A stretch of 64,000 nt of DNA from Candidatus Bathyarchaeia archaeon (GTDB taxonomy: Archaea; Thermoproteota; Bathyarchaeia; Bathyarchaeales; Bathycorpusculaceae), in assembly GCA_050010755.1 (NCBI GenBank), contig JBEKKK010000001.1, positions 832,001 to 896,000 on the forward strand, in the 5' to 3' direction. Each line of letters begins with the position of its first letter. Position 1 is the first letter of the stretch. Shown in pieces: positions 10,211 to 19,844 of this stretch. The notes below the pieces were generated by a model. It worked only from the letters and a program-made list of their open reading frames with translations, was not told the DNA's origin and did not search any database. Both the position numbers and the translations under genes were made by a program.

Positions 10211-13105
10211 ATGAAGAGAATATTGGTGTTCATGATTGTCGGTTTATTGTGTTCTCCATTTTTTTCAGTATTTGCACCGCGAGCAAGAGCAATTGCTAAC
10301 CCGCAGCTGGTTGGGTACTGGAAGTTTGATGAAGGCAGCGGCAGTGTTGCACATGATTCGTCAGGATATGGAAATGATGGAGTGCTCGAAAATGGAGCAC
10401 GATGGATCGCCGGCGTCTCAGGAACCGCTGTAAGTCTGGATGGAATTGATGGCTATGTTTACGTGAACAGCTTAGGAACTCTAATTGCCGCCCCCCAAGT
10501 TTCATGTGAACTATGGTTCAGGCCCTCAGCAACGTTAGACGACAGTCACACTTCTGGAATAAGCATAATCGACAAGGGGGACGAGTATGGATTCCAGATA
10601 AATCCTAATGATGGCAGAATATGGTTTTCTGTATATCTGACGCCTAACCTGACTTGGCAAGGTCTCGCGACGACGACGAATCAATGGTTGGCAGGAAAGT
10701 GGTACCAAATTGCGGGAACATACAATGGAAGCATCCAAAAAGTCTATGTGAATGGCCAACTGGAGAATAATACGGCTCTTTCGGGCAGTCTTCCAGCGGC
10801 AGGATCTTATCCTCTAACGATAGGCTGCCAAAGCCTGAGTCTTAACGATTTTTTCAATGGATCGATCGATGAATTGAAAATCTACAACAGCACGCTATCT
10901 GCATCAACGATATCTACTGATTATAGGTTGGCTTGCCGCGTGCATAACTTGGATACCGGAAATGGTTATGCCAACATCCAGGATGCACTAGATGCGAATG
11001 AGACTTTGCCAGGGCAAAGAATACAAGTTGATGAAGGAACTTACTATGAAAATGTGAAGATCAACAAAAGCCTCACTTTGATCAGCTACTATAAATCCAA
11101 CACAATACTCGATGGAAGCGGTATAGATCAAGTAATTAAAATTAGTGCTGACAGGGTCGGTATTTCTGGCTTCACAATTACAGACGGCGGTGGTTTCTGC
11201 GGCATACAAATTGCTAATTGCGGAGATGACGTCATTGAAAACAGCATTTTGACAAACAACAGCTACGGAATTGAACTTTGGAACTCCTCTCAAAACACAA
11301 TCACAGGGAACGAAATCAGAGACAATGTCAATGGAATGGGAATACTCTATTCCGACAACAGCACTATCACATACAACACTATTCAGAACAACTCTTACGG
11401 CATTTGGCTCGGGTGGTCCGAAGAAAACGGCATAAATCACAACCAGTTCATGAGCAACAGCAATCAAGCTTACGTGGAGGACACAAACCCGAACAGGTGG
11501 GACAACGGCTATCCCTCCGGTGGCAACTACTGGAGCGACTACAACGGGACAGACTCTTTCCACGGTTCTTATCAAAATGCTAGCGGTAGCGATGGCATAG
11601 GAGACACACCATACATCATAGGCACCAACAACATCGACAACTATCCATTTATGAACCCTTACCCCTTCACGAATCAGACAATTTACATCGGAGCTGACGG
11701 TTCTATAAACCCTCGAACACCAGCAATCTCCACGATAGATAACACAACCTACATACTGACGGACAACATCGCCAGTGAAATCGAGATTCAAAGAGACAAC
11801 ATAGTCTTAGACGGGCAAGGCTTCACAATCCAAAACGCATCTGGCAATGCCGGCGTTTACATGTATCAAAGGAACAATGTTACCATACAGAACCTGAACA
11901 TCAATGAATGCAAAGCGGGAGTTGTTGCGGATTCTTGTACCAACATTAGAGTGGTCAGCAACAACATAACCGATTGCGGAAATGGCATTTTGTTTGCATA
12001 TTGTCAGTTTTGCGAAATAGCTGATAACAATCTGCTGGGAAACGGTGTGGGCATCTTTGTCACAGGAACTGACAGTTCAAGTTATCCGCTAAGCATTAAT
12101 TTCACGATAATCGGAAACTCCATAGGCGGAAGCACCGCGTTTGGCATTCAAGTTGACTGGTCGCAAAATGCGACAATCTGCCAAAACGAAATAACCGACA
12201 GCCACGTTGCTGGAATTGAGGCCAGCGATTCATGGATAGGCGAACTGGTAGGAAACAACATTGGAGGGAATCAGGTCGGGATTGAAGCTGGTGTTGCGGT
12301 GTGGAACATAACAGAAAACAACATTGTCGAAAACCAGGTTGGTGCGGACGTAGGAGATAATGCTGGCGAGATATATCACAACAATTTCGTCTGCAATGCT
12401 CAACAAATCGGTGGGGGCGGTGTGGATGTTTGGGATGCTGGTTATCCTTCGGGTGGGAACTTTTGGAGTGACTACGATGGGGCAGACTTGCGCAGCGGAC
12501 CTCTCCAGAACTTGCCTGGCAGCGACGGAATAGGTGACTGGCCATACTTCATAGACGCTAACAATATTGACCATTATCCGCTGATGAACCCTGCTGTGCC
12601 AATTAACTGTGCATTTCTTGCCTTCGGCTCTTCTTCCAAGAGCGTTGTTGCCCAAGGCTCAAATCTAAACGCTACAGTGACAATGGATTACTTTGGCGAT
12701 TACCAAGAAACTTTCAACTTCGCAATCTACGCGAACACGACCATCGCCACATCACAGCAAATCATCCTTTCAAACAAAACTATAGTCACTTTAACATTCG
12801 CATGGAATACAGCAGGATTTGCTTACGGCAACTACACTCTAATCGCCAACGCAATTTCCACAACGAATGAAACAACCATGATAAACAACCCTTGCACAGG
12901 AGGCAACGTTGTTGTGACAATTCTAGGCGACATCAATGGAGACTTCAAAGTCGACATGAGAGACATAGCCCTTGTCGTAGGAGCCTTCGGTTCATCACCA
13001 AGCTCAAGCAATTGGAATACGAATGCCGACATTAACAGTGACGGCTTAGTAAACATGAGAGACATCGCCCTCGTGGCCAGAAACTTCGGGCAATCATATC
13101 CGTGA
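10211..13105 (+). CDS. Secreted multidomain surface protein: LamG + two NosD/CASH beta-helix modules + Ig-like domain + type I dockerin
   Basis: Signal peptide. LamG motifs GYWKFDEGSG and FNGSIDELKIYN. Two WDxGYPSGGNxWSDY...GSDGIGD blocks. C-terminal GDINGDFKVDMRD...ADINSDGLVNMRD. Confidence 0.85.
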   Translation: MKRILVFMIVGLLCSPFFSVFAPRARAIANPQLVGYWKFDEGSGSVAHDSSGYGNDGVLENGARWIAGVSGTAVSLDGIDGYVYVNSLGTLIAAPQVSCELWFRPSATLDDSHTSGISIIDKGDEYGFQINPNDGRIWFSVYLTPNLTWQGLATTTNQWLAGKWYQIAGTYNGSIQKVYVNGQLENNTALSGSLPAAGSYPLTIGCQSLSLNDFFNGSIDELKIYNSTLSASTISTDYRLACRVHNLDTGNGYANIQDALDANETLPGQRIQVDEGTYYENVKINKSLTLISYYKSNTILDGSGIDQVIKISADRVGISGFTITDGGGFCGIQIANCGDDVIENSILTNNSYGIELWNSSQNTITGNEIRDNVNGMGILYSDNSTITYNTIQNNSYGIWLGWSEENGINHNQFMSNSNQAYVEDTNPNRWDNGYPSGGNYWSDYNGTDSFHGSYQNASGSDGIGDTPYIIGTNNIDNYPFMNPYPFTNQTIYIGADGSINPRTPAISTIDNTTYILTDNIASEIEIQRDNIVLDGQGFTIQNASGNAGVYMYQRNNVTIQNLNINECKAGVVADSCTNIRVVSNNITDCGNGILFAYCQFCEIADNNLLGNGVGIFVTGTDSSSYPLSINFTIIGNSIGGSTAFGIQVDWSQNATICQNEITDSHVAGIEASDSWIGELVGNNIGGNQVGIEAGVAVWNITENNIVENQVGADVGDNAGEIYHNNFVCNAQQIGGGGVDVWDAGYPSGGNFWSDYDGADLRSGPLQNLPGSDGIGDWPYFIDANNIDHYPLMNPAVPINCAFLAFGSSSKSVVAQGSNLNATVTMDYFGDYQETFNFAIYANTTIATSQQIILSNKTIVTLTFAWNTAGFAYGNYTLIANAISTTNETTMINNPCTGGNVVVTILGDINGDFKVDMRDIALVVGAFGSSPSSSNWNTNADINSDGLVNMRDIALVARNFGQSYP

Positions 13106-13244
13106 ATCGGCGTATGAACAACTGCATAGACTGATCTTAGATGGTAAACGGCGCCAATAACACTCGGAAAATCAACAACTGGTTTTCATCTTGAAAAGTC
13201 GGGCATATAAAGACTATTATAATCGAATTATGCAGGATAGGTCC

Positions 13245-14306
13245 ATGAAAGCCCTCGTGTTAAGCGGAGGCAAGGGAACTAGGCTCAGACCGTTGACCTT
13301 TACGTGTGCCAAGCAACTCATTCCCGTTGCTAACAAACCCATACTCGGTTTTGTGTTAGATCAAGTCAGAGAGACGGGCATACGCAGTGTGGGTCTTATA
13401 ATAGCTCCGGAAACTGCGAGCTCGGTGAAAGATTACGTCGGGGATGGAAAGGAATGGGGCTTCGATATAACCTACATACCGCAAGAACCCTTAGGTCTGG
13501 CCCACGCGGTTAAAACAGCCCAATCATTCCTAGGCCAAGACGATTTCGTGATGTGCTTGGGCGACAACCTTCAAGGCGAAGGCATAACACCGCTTGTCAA
13601 GAGGTTTAAAGATGAGAACCTCGATGCGCTGATACTGCTCAAAGAAGTAAACGACCCTACCAAGTTCGGCGTCGCCGTGCTGGACAAAAAAGGCAATGTT
13701 ACCAAACTCATAGAAAAGCCAAAAGAACCTCCGAGCAAGCTCGCCATAGTTGGCACGTACCTCTTTTCCAACAAAGTTCACAAAGCACTGACAAAAACCA
13801 AACCCTCTTGGAGAGGAGAACTTGAAATCACCGACGCAATCCAAGAGATGATAAACATGGGTTTCAACGTGAAAGCCCAAATTCTTAAGACATGGTGGCT
13901 TGACACTGGAAAAAAAGACGACATTCTTACAGCTAACGCTAGAATCTTGGATGAATACTTGCAAACCGACATCAAAGGAAGGGTCTCAGCCGACAGCATA
14001 ATCGAAGGCAGAGTAAAAATAGAAGCCGACGCAAAAATCATCAACAGCACAGTCAGAGGACCCTGCATCATCGGCAAAAAAGCAACCGTTGAAAACTCGT
14101 TTGTAGGACCATACACGAGCGTCGGAGATAGCGCCCAAGTAATAAATAGTCATCTGGAATACTGTGTGCTCCTCGAAAATGTTGTTGTCAAAGATGTTGA
14201 ACGCTTGGAAGAAAGCCTCATCGGCAAATACGCCAAAATAACCAAAAACTCGAAGAAAAACACCGTGAGACTCCATATAGGAGACTACTCGGAAGTGGAA
14301 GTCTAG
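13245..14306 (+). CDS. rmlA: Glucose-1-phosphate thymidylyltransferase (long form)
   Basis: LSGGKGTRLRPLT, KQLIPVANKP, RGELEITDAI and WLDTG motifs, plus a C-terminal left-handed beta-helix. Confidence 0.93.
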   Translation: MKALVLSGGKGTRLRPLTFTCAKQLIPVANKPILGFVLDQVRETGIRSVGLIIAPETASSVKDYVGDGKEWGFDITYIPQEPLGLAHAVKTAQSFLGQDDFVMCLGDNLQGEGITPLVKRFKDENLDALILLKEVNDPTKFGVAVLDKKGNVTKLIEKPKEPPSKLAIVGTYLFSNKVHKALTKTKPSWRGELEITDAIQEMINMGFNVKAQILKTWWLDTGKKDDILTANARILDEYLQTDIKGRVSADSIIEGRVKIEADAKIINSTVRGPCIIGKKATVENSFVGPYTSVGDSAQVINSHLEYCVLLENVVVKDVERLEESLIGKYAKITKNSKKNTVRLHIGDYSEVEV

Positions 14307-14389
14307 CCCTCCGCAAGGGTTGAATGACAACTATTATAAAATAATCATATGAAATAAGAAGCAACTCAAGCAACAGGAAATGCATCTAC

Positions 14390-14893
14390 ATGCTGACCGG
14401 AATCACGGTTAACCCTATCAAGCGTCTCCCAGACGAAAGAGGCTTCTTTTCTGAGGTTATGCGAAAGGACTGGAAAGAAATCTTGGGACAAGACGAAGTG
14501 GCGCAGGCTAACCTGTCCGTAACGTATCCGGGAATAGTTCGCGCATGGCACAGGCACCTGAGAGGACAGACAGATTACTTTTTGGCGTTGAAAGGCGCCA
14601 TAAAAATATGCGCTTTCGACGAAAAAACTGGGGAGCTCAGCGAGGTCGTTTCGACCGGTGAAATTCTACAGGTCGTTCGCATTCCAGGACACTACTGGCA
14701 CGGGTTCAAAGCGCTAGGAACAGAACCCGCGATGCTCCTTTACTTCACAACTAGACTTTATGACAGCGTGAAACCAGACGAAGAGAGAAGACCCTGGAAC
14801 GATGAGACGCTCATCGCAAAATCCATAAACGACAAAAAAGACGATCCTCGCGCAGGAAAACAGTGGGACTGGAACTTCTCGCCAAACAAGTGA
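14390..14893 (+). CDS. rmlC: dTDP-4-dehydrorhamnose 3,5-epimerase
   Basis: DERGFFSE, RAWHRH and WHGF cupin motifs, within the rml cluster. Confidence 0.9.
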   Translation: MLTGITVNPIKRLPDERGFFSEVMRKDWKEILGQDEVAQANLSVTYPGIVRAWHRHLRGQTDYFLALKGAIKICAFDEKTGELSEVVSTGEILQVVRIPGHYWHGFKALGTEPAMLLYFTTRLYDSVKPDEERRPWNDETLIAKSINDKKDDPRAGKQWDWNFSPNK

Positions 14894-14898
14894 GGCAA

Positions 14899-15906
14899 AT
14901 GAAAATCCTCGTGACAGGCGGTCTCGGCTTCATCGGAAGCAACTTCTGCCGCTATGCAATCAAAACGCACCAAGACGTAGAAGTAACAAACTTGGACAAG
15001 ATAGGCATAGGCGCCAACCCCTCAAACCTGAAGGATCTTGAAAAAGAAAAACGATACAGCTTTGTAAAAGGCGACACCCGAGACTCAAAGCTTCTCGCTC
15101 GCCTTGTTAAGAAAGCGGATGCCGTCGTGAATTTTGCCGCTGAAACTCACGTAGACAGAAGCATATCCGACCCAGACGAGTTTCTGCAGAACAACACGGT
15201 CGGAACGTTTACCGTCCTCGAAACAATTAGAAATCACAACAGCCAGGTGAGACTCGTTCAAGTTTCGACTGACGAAGTGTACGGAGAAATCAACGAAGGA
15301 TCTTTCAGCGAAAACGACCCTCCCAAGCCGTCCAACCCGTACTCGGCCTCAAAAGCCTCAGCCGACATGTTCGTTCACTCCTATTTCAAAACCTACGGAC
15401 TCAACGCGTCAATAACAAGATGCACAAACAACTACGGCCCCTACCAACTTCCAGAAAAACTCATACCCAAAACCATCATCAGGGCCCTGAAGAACCTGAA
15501 AATCCCGGTGTACGGGACGGGCATGAACATCAGGGACTGGATATACGTGCAGGACCACTGCGAAGCAATCGACACCGTCTTACAAAAAGGAAAGCCGGGC
15601 GAAGTCTACAACGTATCTGCTGAAAACGAAATTCAAAACATCGAAATCGTCAAGAAAATCCTCACAATGCTGAAGAAACCCGAAAGCCTCATAAACTTCG
15701 TGGAAGACCGCCCCGGACATGACACGAGATACAGCCTCGACTCGGCAAAACTCAGGACAGCGCTGGGCTGGCAACCCAGATCCAACTTCGGCAAAGCACT
15801 CGAACTGACCGTCAAATGGTACGTCGAGAATGAGGCTTGGTGGAAGCCCGTAGCGACCGAAAACGTTCTCAGCCCGACGCCCTGGAAACGAAGTGGTGCG
15901 CTCTGA
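14899..15906 (+). CDS. rmlB: dTDP-glucose 4,6-dehydratase
   Basis: FAAETHVDRSI, STDEVYG, YSASKA and DRPGHD motifs. Confidence 0.95.
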   Translation: MKILVTGGLGFIGSNFCRYAIKTHQDVEVTNLDKIGIGANPSNLKDLEKEKRYSFVKGDTRDSKLLARLVKKADAVVNFAAETHVDRSISDPDEFLQNNTVGTFTVLETIRNHNSQVRLVQVSTDEVYGEINEGSFSENDPPKPSNPYSASKASADMFVHSYFKTYGLNASITRCTNNYGPYQLPEKLIPKTIIRALKNLKIPVYGTGMNIRDWIYVQDHCEAIDTVLQKGKPGEVYNVSAENEIQNIEIVKKILTMLKKPESLINFVEDRPGHDTRYSLDSAKLRTALGWQPRSNFGKALELTVKWYVENEAWWKPVATENVLSPTPWKRSGAL

Positions 15907-16796
15907 AACTCTTAATAACGGGAGCAAGCGGCCTGTACGGTTCCAAACTCGCCGAGCTGGCCCTGCGGAAAGGGCACGAGGTCTACTCGGGCTTCAGTCG
16001 AGACCAACCAAGAACTGGCGTTCCGTTGCAGTTTGACGTTTCGAGCGAAAAGCAGGTTGAAGACGCATTCAAGAAAACAAGGCCTGAAGTCGTCGTTCAC
16101 GCCGCCTCAATGACGGACGTTGACAAATGCGAAACGAACAAAGAACTCGCCTGGAGAGTAAACATCGAAGGCACCCGCATCGTGACCGAGCAAGCAGCAA
16201 AAACCGGGGCCTTCATGATGTACATCTCCACCGACTACGTGTTCAACGGAGAAAAGGGACTATACACCGAAACCGACACGCCAGACCCAGTAAATCAATA
16301 TGGAATCACCAAGCTGAAAGCCGAGAACACCATCAAAGAGCTCATCGACGATTTCTGCATCGCGAGGCCCTGCGTGATTTACGGCGCCACTCCCGCCGCT
16401 GGAAAAATCAATTTTGCCCTATGGCTGATAAACAAACTCCGTAACAAAGAGAAAGCCAACATCGTGACCGACCAGTGGATTACGCCCACGCTCAACACAA
16501 ACCTCGCAGACATGACACTGGAGATTGCCGAGCGAAGACTCAGCGGCGTTTACCACGTGTCCGGGGCAACTCGCCTCAGCAGATACGAGTACGCAGAAAT
16601 AGTAGCCAAAGTTTTCGAATTCGACTCGAACCTGATCGTCCCCGTTAAGTCGACCGAAATGCACTGGACCGCTAAGAGACCCAGAGACTCTTCACTCGAC
16701 ACGTCCAAAGCACAAAAAGCGCTCAGGAACAAACCTCTGACAATCAACGAGGCATTGAAACAGCTGAAGCAAGAACTGGCGGCTTCATTTTGTTAG
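15903..16796 (+). CDS. rmlD: dTDP-4-dehydrorhamnose reductase
   Basis: ITGASG, TDVDKCE, ISTDYVFNG, YGITK and AKRPRDSSLD motifs. Probable CTG start overlapping the rmlB TGA. Confidence 0.9.
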   Translation: MKLLITGASGLYGSKLAELALRKGHEVYSGFSRDQPRTGVPLQFDVSSEKQVEDAFKKTRPEVVVHAASMTDVDKCETNKELAWRVNIEGTRIVTEQAAKTGAFMMYISTDYVFNGEKGLYTETDTPDPVNQYGITKLKAENTIKELIDDFCIARPCVIYGATPAAGKINFALWLINKLRNKEKANIVTDQWITPTLNTNLADMTLEIAERRLSGVYHVSGATRLSRYEYAEIVAKVFEFDSNLIVPVKSTEMHWTAKRPRDSSLDTSKAQKALRNKPLTINEALKQLKQELAASFC

Positions 16797-17143
16797 CAAC
16801 ATCAATGCTAAACAAAATGCGGCCAACCTTGGCAACAGCCAGCCTCCTCAGAAACACTACACAGGTCAAACGACGGTATAACCTAATCGGAAATGAGGAG
16901 ATGCGAAGAGTTGAAACTACGGAGACATACGCTTATGCGAATGAGAACCATGATTCCCGGAGCCGGTGGTCCGCCGATTCGACGCCAAGAATCCGCGGTA
17001 GAAACGTTCGATGATGTTGAGGCAGTGTTCGAATGTATAGATTCAAGTAGTTCAAAGACCAAATAGAGCTTCGGTGAACACTATTGGATATAAAGAAAAG
17101 GCTTATAGGTTGCTCTTCGAGTACAGTAAACAGGGGAAGGCAT

Positions 17144-18169
17144 ATGATTAACCGTTCAAAGGTCGTTTCTGTCGTTCTCATCGCAGTTTTGGCAAGTTTT
17201 CCCATATTTCTGGGCCTTAACACACAGTTAGCGAACGCTTACACTCCAAATCCTCTCAATCCGCCCTATATTCCACCATCTATGACCCTGCTGGCAGCAG
17301 GCGCAAAATGGGCTGCAAACGGCGGCAACCAGGCACTATTCATCGACTGGGAAGACAACTATCTAATCCACGGAAACACAGACGGCATCACCTGGGGACC
17401 ATGGCCAGCCGAGACAGACATGATGAACTGGACCGACTCCATATACTACATGCTGACCCAAGAAGGCTTGAACGTGACGCTGGCCGGCGACATTCCAGCC
17501 GACCTGTCAGGATACAACCTCCTAGTCATCCAAGCGTACTGGGCCTGCAAACCCGCACTGCTGGCTGAAGTGGCCAACTTCATATACAACGGAGGAGGCG
17601 TCATACTCCTCTCAGGAGTCCCAGAACTCTTCAGAACCAACTGCACAAACTGGTGGACCTACGCCTTACCAACAGACCCCATGAGCGTCAACGAGAGCGA
17701 ATACTTCGCCTGCGACGGCAACTACTTCAACACAGGCGGCTACGCCAACGTAACCGTGGACAACCCGTTCGGCCTCAACATGACTTCAGGAGACACACTC
17801 TACGAAGCCACAGGCCTCAGCAACGCTGGCGTATTCAACCCAGAGAACGGAGCTGTAACCATAGCAGAATGGAACCCTGGACTCTACGGTCTGGGCGACT
17901 ACCAGCCTGCCTTCGCATACACATACACGTACGGCTCAGGCCGAGTGTACTACCAAGCATCCTTCGAATGTCTTGACCCGCCGAACCACATTCTGGAAGA
18001 CGTTGGCAACTACGGCGTAGTCAACATGAACGACGTAGCCATCGTAGCGAGAGCCTTCGGATCCAGACCAGGCAGCAGCAACTGGAACCCAGCCGCAGAC
18101 ATCAACTTCGACGGAAAAGTCAACATGAAAGACATCGCCCTCGTAGCCAGACACTTCGGACAACACTAA
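17144..18169 (+). CDS. Secreted protein with a GATase-like (DUF4350/ThuA-like) domain and C-terminal dockerin
   Basis: Signal peptide. DLSGYNLLVI, FIYNGGGVIL and YGSGRVYY motifs. WNPAADINFDGKVNMKDI dockerin. Confidence 0.7.
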   Translation: MINRSKVVSVVLIAVLASFPIFLGLNTQLANAYTPNPLNPPYIPPSMTLLAAGAKWAANGGNQALFIDWEDNYLIHGNTDGITWGPWPAETDMMNWTDSIYYMLTQEGLNVTLAGDIPADLSGYNLLVIQAYWACKPALLAEVANFIYNGGGVILLSGVPELFRTNCTNWWTYALPTDPMSVNESEYFACDGNYFNTGGYANVTVDNPFGLNMTSGDTLYEATGLSNAGVFNPENGAVTIAEWNPGLYGLGDYQPAFAYTYTYGSGRVYYQASFECLDPPNHILEDVGNYGVVNMNDVAIVARAFGSRPGSSNWNPAADINFDGKVNMKDIALVARHFGQH

Positions 18170-18178
18170 ATAACCACC

Positions 18179-18194
18179 TTTTTTTTCATTTTCT
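18179..18194 (+). terminator. Oligo-T archaeal terminator
   Basis: T-rich run (ttttttttcattttct) about 10 nt after the stop of 17144-18169. Confidence 0.5.
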
Positions 18195-18298
18195 CCTCAT
18201 CAGAGCGCACGCCATTCGACGCCCATTTTCGGAACGCGCAAGCACAACATGGAAATTTACAATGACAACATCAAAATGTAACATTACAACCTCACAAA

Positions 18299-18392
18299 CG
18301 CAGAGCCGGGGGCAAAGAGCAACCTGGAAAACACATATGTGTCCATAACATCCCAACATTACATCTGATGTAAAGAAAAAAAGACAGGGGCA
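18299..18392 (+). repeat. Dispersed ~94-bp intergenic element, copy 1
   Basis: Colinear with the reverse complement of 51028-51121, about two-thirds identical by hand alignment. Contains the palindrome TTACATC-T-GATGTAA. Confidence 0.6.
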
Positions 18393-18581
18393 GACACCTC
18401 AAACGCCCCAGGCTTCTTCAGAATCGCCCGCTTGGACCAGAGCCTCGAACCCGGCGAAAAAACCGCAGACATCACACTTGCATAATTATGGACAGGCATG
18501 TGCGCTGACGCTCCATCACAATAGAACATCGCTTTTAAACAAGAACAAAACAAAACAAAAAAAGAGAGAGGAAATTCAGGG

Positions 18582-19718
18582 TTAGCCCGTTGCCGTTACA
18601 CTGAACGTTTGAAAGCCCTGGCCCATCAGCCTCACTGTGTAGTTGTCCCCAACAATCGGAGTAACAACCATCGCGGGGCCTTTCACGAATCCCATGTTCG
18701 GCTGAAGCTCAATGACACAGCTGAAACTCAATGTGGCGTTCTGCCCAGGCGCCAAAGTCAAGGGTGAACTGTCCATGTCATCATCGTCTATGCCGAAAAT
18801 CGGAGTCAAAGATGAGCCGTTGACCTTGAAAGGAATCGTATCTGGATGAATCCTCTCAACGAAGACTCCGCGTATCATCTCTCCCATCCGGTAGTCGTCA
18901 TCCCAAGTCCGTGTCGCGTTGAATTCGCCGTGCAGCGTCAGCCCGAAAATCCTGAAAGTGACGTTGCCATTGTTTACGAGTGTTACGTTGAGACTAGTCA
19001 CGTTGCCGTCGACCGAAAGCGAAGCCGAAGCAATCGTCAAGTTGTTTGAAAACTCTTCGACCACGCGCACCAGCTTTTCTCTGTCATTCTGCCCTAGTTC
19101 AACAATGGTTCCGACCTTGATCTGCTCCCGACTCAAGCTAGTCACAACCACAGCAGTCGCACTTGGAACAAGAACATAATAGTCCACCAAAGTACCGTTG
19201 GCATCTGTTGCCTGTATCTGCACCAGTGTTGGGTTGAAATCTATAAGCACGCCTGAGAGCGTTTGGTTAACCTGACTGTTCGCGATTGACATCACCAGCG
19301 TGTTAGACAAAGTAGTCACATTGTACATGGTTCCGTTGACAACAGCCTGAACACCAGCTATGGTGAACTGAATTCTGTCCACCGTTGTATCATTCGGAAT
19401 CGTCGTCGAAACAATCGTCTGACTAAAGTTTATCAGCGAGAACAGATCCACCGTCCCAGAAGCGTTTGTCGCAGGAAGCCATTCAGCCGTTCCATTCGTA
19501 TAAGCCACATGAAGCGTAACGTTAGTATACGTCAGATTGAGCATCGTGGTCCCAGTAGGCACAATCGGAGGATCAGTTAACATCACGAGAAAAGACGTTG
19601 CGGCGGAAGTTTGACTAGGCTTTAAAGACGTTGGGTTCGTATACAGAACGATACCAATGACGACAATAGCTACGAGCACCGCGGCTAAAGCATACTTAAG
19701 AATCCACTTTGTTGCCAT
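18582..19718 (-). CDS. DUF4382-type surface protein
   Basis: N-terminal TM/signal, VMLTDPP motif, Asn/Thr-rich with many NxS/T sequons. Confidence 0.7.
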   Translation of the reverse strand: MATKWILKYALAAVLVAIVVIGIVLYTNPTSLKPSQTSAATSFLVMLTDPPIVPTGTTMLNLTYTNVTLHVAYTNGTAEWLPATNASGTVDLFSLINFSQTIVSTTIPNDTTVDRIQFTIAGVQAVVNGTMYNVTTLSNTLVMSIANSQVNQTLSGVLIDFNPTLVQIQATDANGTLVDYYVLVPSATAVVVTSLSREQIKVGTIVELGQNDREKLVRVVEEFSNNLTIASASLSVDGNVTSLNVTLVNNGNVTFRIFGLTLHGEFNATRTWDDDYRMGEMIRGVFVERIHPDTIPFKVNGSSLTPIFGIDDDDMDSSPLTLAPGQNATLSFSCVIELQPNMGFVKGPAMVVTPIVGDNYTVRLMGQGFQTFSVTATG

Positions 19719-19780
19719 TCTATTTTCCTCCTCATGGGAACAAGCAAGAAGTGATAAAAACCTACATTTTTGAAAATCCT

Positions 19781-19818
19781 TTCAACAGTGTTGAACAGTG
19801 CTTTCAACAGTTTTTAAC
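19781..19818. promoter_or_regulatory. Candidate operator: TT(C/G)AACAGT repeats forming a palindrome
   Basis: ttcaacagtg ttgaacagtg ct ttcaacagtt tttaac. Positions 19781-19795 are the perfect palindrome TTCAACA-G-TGTTGAA, just upstream of a minus-strand TATA-like TTTTTATC (19753-19760). Confidence 0.6.
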
Positions 19819-19844
19819 CATGCCGACCGCCGAACCGTCGCGGA

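Noticed and set aside
10988-11791. Long antisense ORFs (also 32003-32707, 52431-53150, 51173-51814, 23096-23719)
   Set aside because: Shadows of well-supported genes on the opposite strand, with no motifs.
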